Origin: a virus
Lineage: Duplodnaviria > Caudoviricetes
IMG/VR virus record: IMGVR_UViG_3300029305_004606
Location: 1 to 64,000 of that record
DNA length: 64,000 nt
Reading direction: 5' to 3' (one strand)
Position 1 is the first letter of the stretch; the number at the start of each line of letters is the position of its first letter. A program made the position numbers and the translations under genes. Below the pieces are notes generated by a model. That model ran no database searches. It saw only the letters and a program-made list of their open reading frames with translations, and was not told the DNA's origin. This document shows positions 49,003 through 59,307 of the stretch, one piece after another.

Positions 49003-49527
49003 ATGAATAAGACTCAGTGCCAAAAATGGATGGCAGCTCTTAATGCAGCGGGGCTTACATCTTATCAGTTTGATACAGACTTAGGTACACATTTAATGAA
49101 CGACGGAAAAAATGCTATTGCTATTCCTGTTGATGATATTGAAGCTGTATTAGCTATTAGAACCAATAATTTGGCAGGTTCTCATAATGTGTATGCTAAT
49201 AACGTTCAGGCAGTATTGTCTGACTATGCAGACGTTCATGAGGTTAGAACAGCTGGAACATCAGATCAGATTAAAAAGCTTGTTGAAACCTTAGGTGTAA
49301 CATTAACAGACGAACAGGTTAAAATTATAGTAGAGATTGACAAACGTAACTATGATATAAAACCTGCAACCGGTGATTATGTTAATCGGTTTCGTTATCT
49401 TACTCAGAAACAGTACGAAGCTCTCTCTGAAGATGAGAAAGCTAAGTATGATTCTGAGAAGGAAAAATACGAGACTGATAAAAAGAATTATATCGGGCAG
49501 AATATGGCAGCATCTATTACTATGTAA
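49003..49527 (+). CDS. Hypothetical protein
   Basis: RBS GGAGGT. Confidence 0.6.
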   Translation: MNKTQCQKWMAALNAAGLTSYQFDTDLGTHLMNDGKNAIAIPVDDIEAVLAIRTNNLAGSHNVYANNVQAVLSDYADVHEVRTAGTSDQIKKLVETLGVTLTDEQVKIIVEIDKRNYDIKPATGDYVNRFRYLTQKQYEALSEDEKAKYDSEKEKYETDKKNYIGQNMAASITM

Positions 49528-49748
49528 TAGTTTTTACCTGTTCATATAACATGATATTACTATGACAAATCAAATCGTTTGCTTTCAAATATATTCCTAC
49601 CGTAGAAATATCCGGAGGAAATATGAAAAGTAAACGAATTTATAGTCATATAATATAATATTGATAAGAAGAGGAAAATGTCATCCTTAACTTGTCGCGA
49701 CAAAGATCAAATAGCTATTTAAAAATTATTATCAAGGAGGACAAAAAC

Positions 49749-50609
49749 ATGTTTGATCAGACTTTTGGAGCAAACCCTTATGGAATGCAGGGAGGTTATC
49801 AGTTCAATGGAATGCAGAATGGACAGATGCCTAAAATTCCTAACGTACTTAATGCAGAGGAAATCAAGGAACTTCAGCAGCAGAGAAGCCAGTTCTCACT
49901 TGGCTTAACAAAGAAAGAAAGCTTACAGGCAGCATGTAATCATCGTACAGCAGATGGTATGCAGGATACTTTGGTATACGATAACGTTACCGGTATTGCA
50001 ACTTGTACAATTTGTGGTTATCAGTTCCGTCCGGTTGAGGCAGAAGCAACTTATGAAACAATCAAGGAAGCTTCAGATCGCCTTGTTGATATTCTTCAGA
50101 CAATTAAGATTATGTATACAGATCTTCCTGCAGAGGCAGCAAAAGAATACTTCCAGATCATTCCTTTGATCGGTAAGGTTCCTCAGTTATTCGAGTTTGC
50201 AGCTAAGAACTTCGCTAAGCATGAATACAACGGCTGGAGCTACAACAACCACAATATGGGTGGTATTGCTATGCTTCAGAATCTTTCTTCTATGTTTGGT
50301 GGCGGTATGCAGCCTAACTTCGTACAGCAGCCTCAGTTCAATGGTTACGCTATGAATCCTCAGCAGCCTGTAGGTTATCCTAACGGAATGGCTCCTCAGA
50401 TGCCTGGACAGAATCCTTTCGGTTATCCTGGTGCAAGTGCTCCTATGATGGGTATGCCTCAGATGGGTGCTCCGGTACAGCAGCCTGTAGCAGGTGGATA
50501 TGCTCCTCAGACTCAGGGTTATGCTTATCAGCCTAACGTAGCAGCTCCGGCAGCTCCTGATGCTCCTGCAGTAACAGATGATACTGTTAAGCAGAATGTA
50601 ACCGTATAA
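49749..50609 (+). CDS. Putative Zn-binding protein with Q/P/G/M-rich low-complexity termini
   Basis: ATG at 49749 after AGGAGG; CNH...CTICG; GMQPNFVQQPQFNGYAMNPQQP... Confidence 0.7.
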   Translation: MFDQTFGANPYGMQGGYQFNGMQNGQMPKIPNVLNAEEIKELQQQRSQFSLGLTKKESLQAACNHRTADGMQDTLVYDNVTGIATCTICGYQFRPVEAEATYETIKEASDRLVDILQTIKIMYTDLPAEAAKEYFQIIPLIGKVPQLFEFAAKNFAKHEYNGWSYNNHNMGGIAMLQNLSSMFGGGMQPNFVQQPQFNGYAMNPQQPVGYPNGMAPQMPGQNPFGYPGASAPMMGMPQMGAPVQQPVAGGYAPQTQGYAYQPNVAAPAAPDAPAVTDDTVKQNVTV

Positions 50610-50863
50610 GATAAGGTTATCTATAAAGATAGAATGAGATAATTAGGTTGCCAGTAGAGACTTCAATCTCTACTGGCAATTTCTCGTTCTATCTTAAATT
50701 TCAATATATTTATTTTTGTTACCAATTTTTCTTTAGGATTATTTTTTACATCCTGATATTACATACGATTAATGAGCTTATCGTATGCAAAATCCCCAAA
50801 TTTTCTAAGTTACGGGGTCCTCTACGGAAGCAAAAATAAAATTAATAAAAAAGGAGAAACAAC

Positions 50864-53221
50864 ATGGCTGTATTATCAAAAGAACAAATAGCATCAATTG
50901 ATAATTATAGTAACGAAATTAAGACATTAAAAGATTTCGTTAGTGCTGTTAGAAAAAGACCTGGTATGTATCTTGGTCCAATCAGTAACAAAGGTCTCTT
51001 AAATATGATGAGAGAAATTTTTCAGAACTGTATTGACCAGATTTTAGATCCTACCAGTCCAGCAAATTGGTTTTCGTTCTTCTACGATGAAAGAACACTT
51101 GAGATTATTGTTGAAGATAATGGTAAGGGATTTCCTTTCAATGATATTGTAAGAATACTTACATCTCAGCACACTTCAAAGAACTTTGAAAAGAAACTTG
51201 GAGATTATTCTTCTGGTATGAATGGTGTAGGTTCTAAGATTGTAAATGCATTATCTGAAAGATTTACAGCAGAATCTTTTAGATATGATGGTACTGCTGT
51301 AAAGGTTGATTTTGTTAAAGGATATCCGAAGACAAATGAACCTGTTAAAATTTCTAATAAAGAAAACAAACAAGGTTCAAGAATTACATTTGTTCCTGAT
51401 ACTGAAATTCTTGGAGAAATGAATCTTGAATGGAAGGTTGTATATAATCTGATTAAGAATATTATGTCACTTACTCCTATTGGATCAGTATGTGACTTTG
51501 CTGCTATAGATATCAATGGTAAACAGTTTACCGAGCATATTGTAAACAAAGATGGTATTATTACAAACTTGATTATGAATGTGAAGACTCCTATGGTTAA
51601 ACCTATTGTATTATCTATGGATGACGGTGTTCATAAATTAGAAGCAGCTTTCTGTTATGATACCGGTGGAGAAGACGGTCCTGATGATTTGTCAGTTACA
51701 TCTTTTTGTAACTTCTGTCCATCATATGGTACACATGTTGATGGTACTGTTGACGGTATTTGTAGATGGTTTTCTATGTATATGAATAATATTTATCTGG
51801 CTAATCAGAAATCAAAAGATAAAACAAAGGTATTACCTATTGATATTAAGTCAGGTTTGAATATATTTATCTCTGCAGCTCATTTAGAACCCGTGTTTAC
51901 AGGTCAGGCAAAAGAAATCCTATCTAATGAAGATATGATTGGATTTTGTAAAGAAGTAGCAATGAAAGGTCTTGATGAGTGGAGCAAAGCCAATCCTCAG
52001 GATTTAGCAAAACTTGCAAAATTCTTTAAAGAAATTGCAGATCTTCGTATGAAGCAGGAAGCTGGCAAGGCTAAAATTGCTACAAAGTATGCAAAGAATC
52101 CGGTTACAAATTTACCTCGTAAATATATTAGACCTCTTACTAATAAAGATAATGAACTTATAATAGTTGAAGGAGATTCTGCTCTTGGAAAAGCTGAAGA
52201 AGATAGGGATCCTAATACTCAAGGTCTGTTTCCAATAAGAGGTAAAATTATTAATGCTTTTAAGGCAAGTAGACAAGCTTTCTTCAGCAATGAAGAAGTT
52301 CAGGGTATTACTCGTATCACTTTTGGACAAGATTATCGTAAAGGTCTTACTATAGAAGATGCTAAAGTGAAAAAAATCATATTTATGACCGATGGTGATA
52401 TTGATGGTGCTCATATAGCAGCACTTTTGCTTCGAATGTTCGTTATGTATTATCCGTTTTTAATAGAAGCTGGTATGGTATATAAGGCTATTCCTCCTTT
52501 ATACAGTATCAAAGACGGAAAGAAAACAAGATACTTTACAGATAATCTTGATATGATTAGATATATTCAGAAATTCTTCTTATCATCGAATGAATTTAAG
52601 TCTATAGATAATAAAGATCTTAGCTCAAAAGAGATTACTAGTTTCTTCTTAAAAAATGCTGATTATATTTATTATATCACAAGAACCGCTAGTACTTATG
52701 CTGTAGATCCTTATTTGCTCGAAATGGTATTAATACATTATCTCTTAAATAAGAAAACTATCAAGTTTGAGAAACTTCAAAAAGAAGTAAAATCTGTATA
52801 CAGATTTATGGATGTATATAAAGAACACGGAACTATCGTTGTTAGAGGTTCTATTGACAAATCAAACTTGATTATTATCAGTGATAAATTCTTAAGAGAT
52901 TGTGCTGATATTCTTCGTATAATGGAATCAAATGATAGCCTTTATTATATGCTCAATAAACAGAAAAGTTCACTGCTTACTGTAATGAAAGTATATGAAT
53001 CTAATACGCCTAAAGATATTCAGCGATACAAGGGTCTTGGTGAAATGGGAGATGGTCAGCTTGGAGAATCTACTCTTAGACCTGATTCTGATAGAATGCT
53101 TATCAGATATACTATGGATAGTGCTAAAGAAGCTATTAACTTCATTAGAGAATATGAATCTGATACAAAGAAGATTCTATCTGAAGTTGGTGTTGTTACT
53201 AGGGATGATCTGTTAGACTAG
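50864..53221 (+). CDS. gyrB: Type IIA topoisomerase subunit B
   Basis: AVRKRPGMYLG, EIFQNCID, DNGKG, GMNGVG, VEGDSA, PIRGK, MTDGDIDG, RYKGLGEM. Confidence 0.92.
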   Translation: MAVLSKEQIASIDNYSNEIKTLKDFVSAVRKRPGMYLGPISNKGLLNMMREIFQNCIDQILDPTSPANWFSFFYDERTLEIIVEDNGKGFPFNDIVRILTSQHTSKNFEKKLGDYSSGMNGVGSKIVNALSERFTAESFRYDGTAVKVDFVKGYPKTNEPVKISNKENKQGSRITFVPDTEILGEMNLEWKVVYNLIKNIMSLTPIGSVCDFAAIDINGKQFTEHIVNKDGIITNLIMNVKTPMVKPIVLSMDDGVHKLEAAFCYDTGGEDGPDDLSVTSFCNFCPSYGTHVDGTVDGICRWFSMYMNNIYLANQKSKDKTKVLPIDIKSGLNIFISAAHLEPVFTGQAKEILSNEDMIGFCKEVAMKGLDEWSKANPQDLAKLAKFFKEIADLRMKQEAGKAKIATKYAKNPVTNLPRKYIRPLTNKDNELIIVEGDSALGKAEEDRDPNTQGLFPIRGKIINAFKASRQAFFSNEEVQGITRITFGQDYRKGLTIEDAKVKKIIFMTDGDIDGAHIAALLLRMFVMYYPFLIEAGMVYKAIPPLYSIKDGKKTRYFTDNLDMIRYIQKFFLSSNEFKSIDNKDLSSKEITSFFLKNADYIYYITRTASTYAVDPYLLEMVLIHYLLNKKTIKFEKLQKEVKSVYRFMDVYKEHGTIVVRGSIDKSNLIIISDKFLRDCADILRIMESNDSLYYMLNKQKSSLLTVMKVYESNTPKDIQRYKGLGEMGDGQLGESTLRPDSDRMLIRYTMDSAKEAINFIREYESDTKKILSEVGVVTRDDLLD

Positions 53222-53262
53222 TTCATCCCTAGTCTTTATTTTCTATTAGAAAGGAAAAAGTT

Positions 53263-53886
53263 ATGAAACATAGAAGACGATACACTTCAGTAGAAAGTGT
53301 TTTAGATATTTATGATCATAATAGATGCTGGTACTATATTCCTGGCTTTAATGGATATGAAGTATCTAACGATGGTTATATTCGTTCTATGAAACATTAC
53401 TTAAGATATCCTTATGGAATTCTCATTAGTCCAGTTACAAGAGAACCTTATGGATCTAGTTGTGATCCATTATTTGAAATCTCTGATGATAATAATGTAA
53501 GAAGAAGAATTAGATTGTCTCAATTAATTCATCTTGCTCATACAAGTAATTATCATGCAGCTGGATATCCTAGAGCTACTATTATTACAGATAATACCTC
53601 TAGAAATAAATATGTAAAAAATCAAAATGGAGCATATGTGAAGGTTTATAATGGTAATAAACCAGGTGGAGGTAGAAAATCATTTACTATACCACCTATG
53701 GATAATTCTGTACACTATGCAAAATTTACTATCATACAAGAAGGGAACGAATTACCAAGAATGACTTATTGTCAACCTGAAGTACAAGTTCCAATAGAAT
53801 CAATCAAAGGAGACGAATATTATGGCAGAAAAGATTGTAGAGCGATCAGCCACCTCAATGTATGTGGAAGATCAGGCGAAGTATAG
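53263..53886 (+). CDS. NUMOD4-motif protein, probable degenerate homing endonuclease
   Basis: WYYIPGFNGYEVSNDGYIRS; no intact HNH motif seen. Confidence 0.6.
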   Translation: MKHRRRYTSVESVLDIYDHNRCWYYIPGFNGYEVSNDGYIRSMKHYLRYPYGILISPVTREPYGSSCDPLFEISDDNNVRRRIRLSQLIHLAHTSNYHAAGYPRATIITDNTSRNKYVKNQNGAYVKVYNGNKPGGGRKSFTIPPMDNSVHYAKFTIIQEGNELPRMTYCQPEVQVPIESIKGDEYYGRKDCRAISHLNVCGRSGEV

Positions 53887-56188
53887 TATCGTTGCCAATA
53901 GACGTAGAGCAATTCCTGCAGTACAAGATGGATTAAAACCTGTTCAAAGAAGATCTTTATATGGAGCATTTAAGAAAGGTTTTAGAAAACCTAGTCAACA
54001 TGGCAAATCAGCTCAGCTTACTGGTCTGGTTATGGGCGATTATCATCCACATGGAGATAGTTCAATTTATGATGCTTTTGTTACTATGGCTGCTTGGTAT
54101 AAAATTAAATATCCATTAATGTATGGATATGGTAACTGGGGTAATGTTTCTGGAGCTGGAGCAGCAGCTCAACGATATACTGAAGTTGCACTTAGTGATT
54201 TCGGCTATGATGTTATGATTGACGAATTAGCACAATCAACAAATATTGTAGACTGGATTGATACTTATACAAGAAAAGATAAGGAACCTGAATATCTTCC
54301 AGCTAAATTACCTAATCTTTTAATTAATGGAGCATTTGGTATCGGTGTTGGTATGAGTATTAATGTACCGTCTCATAATGTAGGAGAAGTTATTGATGTT
54401 ATTATCAATCTTATCAAAAATCCGAATGCTAAAGCTGTATTAATTCCCGATCTTATTCAGGAATGTGATATTGTAAATACAGATTGGGAGGAAATTTCTA
54501 ATACTGGTAGAGGTTCTTTTAAAGTGAGAGGTAGAATTATTACCGAACAGGACAAGAACGGTAATTATACTTTAAGAATTGTATCATTACCTGATCAGGT
54601 TACTACTACATCAGTATATGAAAAAATCCTTGATATGATTGCTGACAAACAGCTCCCTATGGTTAAGGATGTATTCAACTCCTTACAGAATAAGAAGCCA
54701 AATATTATTATTAATTTATCTAAAGGAGCTGATCCTGGATATGTAAAGCAGGCTATTTATGCTAAAACTAAAGTTCAGGATTCAATCAATGTAAACTTTG
54801 AAGCAGTATCTATGAATGGTATTGACTTGGAGAGATTCTCATATAAGAAATATCTTATGGATTTTATCGATCAGAGAATGTCTATTAAATTTAGACTGTA
54901 TTGTAATCTACTTCAGCAGGTTATGACAAAACATCTTCAGATCGATGCATTAGTTAAAGTTGTTGGTTCCAAAGAATTTGACAAACTTATGAATATGATT
55001 CGTAAGTATAATGGAACAGATGCTGAGCCTATTGTTGAGTTTATGATCAAGAATTGTGGAGTAAGTGATATTCAGGCTAAATATATTTTAGCAAGAACTC
55101 TTCCTCAGCTTTCCAAAGGTCATCTTGCCGCATATATCAAAGAAAGAGATGAATTGCAGAAGAAAATTGATATTTACATGCAATATGTAACCGACGATGG
55201 AACTCTTATTAAGAATGAGATTATCGAAGAGCTTCAGGAATTAAAGAAGAAATATAATACTCCTAGACTCTGTACTATTGTTGATGCAAAAGAAAATGCT
55301 GATATCCCTAAAGGTATCTTTAAGGTTATTATTACAGAAAGAAACTATATTAGAAAGATTCCTGATGTAGATAAGATTGCTGTAATTAAGAAAGATAATC
55401 CTAAATTTATTCTTCGAGTTGACAATGCAGAGAATCTGCTTATCTTTGACAATAAAGGTAAAGTATTTAGTCTTCCGGTTCATAAGATTCCTATTACAGA
55501 TAGAAGTGGTATTGGTACAGATGTAAGAATTCTTATCAAGAACTTGACATCTAATATTGCTTCTGTTTATTATGAACCTATCTTTGATAAGATTAGCAAA
55601 GGAACAAATAAGCACTATCTTACAGTATTAACTAAGTCTAATACTATTAAGAAACTTGATATTGAAGATTTCTTAAATGTATCACCATCTGGTCTTATGT
55701 ATTCTAAGATTAGACCTGAAGATGAAGTTGTTGGAGTATCTTTGGTACCTCACAATCTTGACATTGCTATTTGTAGTGGAAAGAAAGTTTTGAGATGTAA
55801 ACTTAAAGATGTACCTTTGTATAAGAGAAATGCTGCTGGTTCTAGAGCTATGTCTAGTAATGAAGATATGACTGGATTATCAGTATTATATCCTGATAGT
55901 ACAGATATTGTTGTAGTTACAAAGAATGGTAAGTTTAACAGATTCAATATTGCTATGCTTACTTGTAGTGCAAGAGGTAGAAGTGGTAATAAAGTAATTA
56001 AGCTGGATAATAATGATGATATTCTGAATGTATTTGCTGTAAATGAAACTGATAAAATCAGATTACTTACAACAGATGGAGTTGAAGAGATTAATGTATC
56101 AGATATCAAAGTTAAATCCAGTATTGCTGCTGGTACTAAAATGGTACAAAGTAAAGGTGTTATTGTAAAAGCTGATGTTATAAGATAA
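53822..56188 (+). CDS. gyrA: Type IIA topoisomerase subunit A with beta-pinwheel CTD
   Basis: RAIP...DGLKPVQRR, YHPHGDSSIY, AAQRYTE (catalytic Tyr), PNLLING, PSHN. Confidence 0.92.
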   Translation: MAEKIVERSATSMYVEDQAKYSIVANRRRAIPAVQDGLKPVQRRSLYGAFKKGFRKPSQHGKSAQLTGLVMGDYHPHGDSSIYDAFVTMAAWYKIKYPLMYGYGNWGNVSGAGAAAQRYTEVALSDFGYDVMIDELAQSTNIVDWIDTYTRKDKEPEYLPAKLPNLLINGAFGIGVGMSINVPSHNVGEVIDVIINLIKNPNAKAVLIPDLIQECDIVNTDWEEISNTGRGSFKVRGRIITEQDKNGNYTLRIVSLPDQVTTTSVYEKILDMIADKQLPMVKDVFNSLQNKKPNIIINLSKGADPGYVKQAIYAKTKVQDSINVNFEAVSMNGIDLERFSYKKYLMDFIDQRMSIKFRLYCNLLQQVMTKHLQIDALVKVVGSKEFDKLMNMIRKYNGTDAEPIVEFMIKNCGVSDIQAKYILARTLPQLSKGHLAAYIKERDELQKKIDIYMQYVTDDGTLIKNEIIEELQELKKKYNTPRLCTIVDAKENADIPKGIFKVIITERNYIRKIPDVDKIAVIKKDNPKFILRVDNAENLLIFDNKGKVFSLPVHKIPITDRSGIGTDVRILIKNLTSNIASVYYEPIFDKISKGTNKHYLTVLTKSNTIKKLDIEDFLNVSPSGLMYSKIRPEDEVVGVSLVPHNLDIAICSGKKVLRCKLKDVPLYKRNAAGSRAMSSNEDMTGLSVLYPDSTDIVVVTKNGKFNRFNIAMLTCSARGRSGNKVIKLDNNDDILNVFAVNETDKIRLLTTDGVEEINVSDIKVKSSIAAGTKMVQSKGVIVKADVIR

Positions 56189-56247
56189 TTTAACGTGGTA
56201 TAGAGTATTTCTACTCTATACCACGTTTTATTTTTAAAGGAGTAAAT

Positions 56248-56571
56248 ATGAGAGTATTTGATATCAAAAATTGTATAATGTTGAAATCTTATAGTTTGTT
56301 TACATATAAATTTGCTTATTTTGATATTAAAGAAAATTATTTAGCAGATGACTTATTTATTAAATATAAAATAAGAGTAAAATTTGGTAGAGAATTTTGG
56401 AAAGATGATGATAAATATGCTTTGATAATGTGTAAAATTAAGAAACGAGATGTACCAAAATTTATACAAGCGATAGGAGAATTAGAAAATAAAGCTTTGC
56501 TTATGGGTTATGTAGATTATCCAGCTTTTTGTAAGAAAACAATAGAATCATTTAATCATAGAGAAAAATAA
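56248..56571 (+). CDS. Hypothetical protein
   Basis: RBS AGGAG. Confidence 0.6.
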   Translation: MRVFDIKNCIMLKSYSLFTYKFAYFDIKENYLADDLFIKYKIRVKFGREFWKDDDKYALIMCKIKKRDVPKFIQAIGELENKALLMGYVDYPAFCKKTIESFNHREK

Positions 56572-56590
56572 TAAATCTTGAGGAGATGAA

Positions 56591-56845
56591 ATGAACAATA
56601 AACAAAATATTTCTACTATAGAAGAAACTATGACAAGGGCAGAATATTATAAATATATTGGTTTATCAGGATCTCCTATAGATAGACCAAATGATATAGC
56701 AGACGAAACTTTTAAAATTCATTGCAACCAGTTAGCAAATTTTGCTAATCAATTTATAGATTTTTGTAAATCTGAAGATAAAATATCCAATGGTATAAGT
56801 TTATCAGATTTTAAATATAATTCAAATGATAATAGAAAAATGTAA
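56591..56845 (+). CDS. Hypothetical protein
   Basis: RBS AGGAG. Confidence 0.55.
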   Translation: MNNKQNISTIEETMTRAEYYKYIGLSGSPIDRPNDIADETFKIHCNQLANFANQFIDFCKSEDKISNGISLSDFKYNSNDNRKM

Positions 56846-56940
56846 AAGTTAGAAATTTGAATTATATAATATAATAATGAATAAAGATATATATTATTCA
56901 ACAAATGATACTATTATAAAAATACATGGAGGTGCTTTTT

Positions 56941-57366
56941 ATGAGCAAATTATCTACAGAAGAAAGATTACAAAAGGAAATCGTAAGAATTAGCCAAAGA
57001 AAAGAAAGAAATATTAAGGCTTACCAGAAGTCTATGTTCAAGAAATTCATTGGATATCATATTGTCACCGTATTTCAGGTAATCGTAGCCATTGTACTTA
57101 CATTGATAGCAATGTTTTCATTATGGAATCATTTTAATCCTACTCAGGATTACTTATATTTTATAGTAATCTATGCTGTTTTCGGTAATATGTTAAATAT
57201 GATATATTTTGGCATTGCTGGAGAAAGATTAAAGAGATACAAAAACATGACAGGATTAAAGATGAAATTAAGAGAAAGACAGATCAATGAGTATTTTGAT
57301 TACCAGATTCGCGATGAGTATGAACGTGCTGGATATGAATGGTATCTGGCATGGACAGAAGTGTAA
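56941..57366 (+). CDS. Two-TM early membrane protein
   Basis: ATG at 56941 after GGAGGT; early promoter at 56862-56880. Confidence 0.6.
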   Translation: MSKLSTEERLQKEIVRISQRKERNIKAYQKSMFKKFIGYHIVTVFQVIVAIVLTLIAMFSLWNHFNPTQDYLYFIVIYAVFGNMLNMIYFGIAGERLKRYKNMTGLKMKLRERQINEYFDYQIRDEYERAGYEWYLAWTEV

Positions 57367-57491
57367 AGATAATATGAGAATAAACCCGAGAGATCGGGTT
57401 TATTTTTTGTTAAAAATAATATGTTTCACAACTCAATATTAAATTATAAGATTTAATAAAAATACTATTAGAATAGGAGAGATTTAACGAA

Positions 57492-58751
57492 ATGGCTATG
57501 GATTTAAAGTCACAGTTTAGAAGTAAACTGTCTAAAGTAAAAACGACCGGTGTAAATAGGTCAGCAGATTTCGATGTTATGTATACTACAGGATTCTTAT
57601 CCTTAGATTATCTCAATGGTACAGTGGTTCATGTCAACGGAGAAGACAGAAATTTTACATATAACTCTGTCGGAATTGTAGATGGTTCTGCTAATAGTAT
57701 TATTGGTCGTTCCGGTTCAGGTAAGTCTACATTGACTACTCAGATTGCTGGTAATATTGTAAGACCGTTTATCAAGAAGGGTCTTCCTACTGGATTATAT
57801 ATTGATGATATTGAGGGTTCTCTTCCTTGGGCAAGAAAAGAGTTCTTGCTTGGTTTAACAGCAGAAGAATTAGACAAGTATGTTGATATTCGCAATGCTG
57901 GCATTACAACAGAAAACTTATATCAGCGTATTCAGGCACTTCATGATGCTAAAGTGGAAAACAGAAAAGATTATGAATATGATACTGGTTTATATGATAC
58001 TAATGGTAGAAGAATTTTCAAACTTGTTCCTACTGTTTATATCATTGACTCTCTTCCTATGCTTATGCCTGAAAGTTTGGCTGAAGATGATGAGCTCGGT
58101 GGTTCTATGTCAGCATCAAGTATTGCAAAGTCTAATACTATGCTCATAAAAATGATCAGTCAGAGGCTAAAGGATGCTAACATCATCATGTTTACAGTAA
58201 ATCATATTCTTGATGATATTCAGATGGGTTTCTTACCTAAGCCTGCTCAGATTTCTGGTTTGAAACAGGGTGAAAGATTACCGGGTGGTAAAGCAGCTAT
58301 TTATCTTGCAAATAACATGTTTAGAGCAGACGATAGTAATACTTTGAAGAAGGATAAAGATTATGGTATCGACGGTTCGGTTGTTAATATTACACTTGTT
58401 AAATCAAGAACTAATGCAACTAAAAGAAGTATTCCCCTTATCTTTAATAAGACAGAGGGTAGATTTGATGAAATTTTGTCACTCTTCCATCTTATTAAAT
58501 CAGAAGGATTATTCAAAGGTGCAGGTGCTTACTTATATCTCGATGATTGTCCTGATATTAAGTTCTCTGCTAGAACCTTTAAAGAAGTCTTGGAAAATTC
58601 TCCGGAATTACAGGAAGCTTTTGCTAAAGTTGCATATTCACTCTTAAGAGAATTCTTATCGGATACGAGATCTATTTCAGAAGATAATTCAAAAGCTGCA
58701 GGTAATATCTCCAATTTATTTGATAAGTTCTCTATGGCTGGTTTAGAATAG
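57492..58751 (+). CDS. uvsX: RecA/UvsX-like recombinase
   Basis: TGFLSLD, GRSGSGKST, DIEG, IIDSL, VNHI, PGGKA, KSR. Confidence 0.88.
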   Translation: MAMDLKSQFRSKLSKVKTTGVNRSADFDVMYTTGFLSLDYLNGTVVHVNGEDRNFTYNSVGIVDGSANSIIGRSGSGKSTLTTQIAGNIVRPFIKKGLPTGLYIDDIEGSLPWARKEFLLGLTAEELDKYVDIRNAGITTENLYQRIQALHDAKVENRKDYEYDTGLYDTNGRRIFKLVPTVYIIDSLPMLMPESLAEDDELGGSMSASSIAKSNTMLIKMISQRLKDANIIMFTVNHILDDIQMGFLPKPAQISGLKQGERLPGGKAAIYLANNMFRADDSNTLKKDKDYGIDGSVVNITLVKSRTNATKRSIPLIFNKTEGRFDEILSLFHLIKSEGLFKGAGAYLYLDDCPDIKFSARTFKEVLENSPELQEAFAKVAYSLLREFLSDTRSISEDNSKAAGNISNLFDKFSMAGLE

Positions 58752-58803
58752 TGAATTATAATTTGATTATATAATATAAATATGTATAATCAGAGGAGGT
58801 ATT

Positions 58804-59220
58804 ATGTACATTAACGACTTTTATAATGTTATTGAGATTGATTCGATCATAGAACAGGTTATACGAGAAAAACGAATATATGATGTAAAGGATTTGCAAG
58901 ATTTGATAATTGTTGTTCCTTGTTTATATCATAGGAATGATAAAAGATATAATAATAACTTTATGCCTGAGCTATTTGACAAGGTAAAATATTTAGAGTT
59001 TCCTTACGAAACTTCTTATAAGTTCAAAGATTATCCTGAAATTAAAGTAACAGTATACGATGATTTTCCTGATAAAGTAGAAGATAAGAACGATAAGAAG
59101 CAGGTTGAGGAGGTTCTAAAATCTTATAAGAAAATAACTTGTGAAAGTTCAGGAAGTAAATTTATTTTTCAATCTTACTATAAATTTGTCATATATTCTA
59201 AGTATAACAAGAAGCAATAA
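58804..59220 (+). CDS. Hypothetical early protein
   Basis: Early promoter at 58767-58785, RBS GAGGAGG. Confidence 0.6.
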   Translation: MYINDFYNVIEIDSIIEQVIREKRIYDVKDLQDLIIVVPCLYHRNDKRYNNNFMPELFDKVKYLEFPYETSYKFKDYPEIKVTVYDDFPDKVEDKNDKKQVEEVLKSYKKITCESSGSKFIFQSYYKFVIYSKYNKKQ

Positions 59221-59307
59221 TAAATGATACTATGAGATAATACCTAGGGTATGTAATAATACCCTAGGTTTTTATAAGATGATATTACTAAAACTCGGAG
59301 GTTAAAA

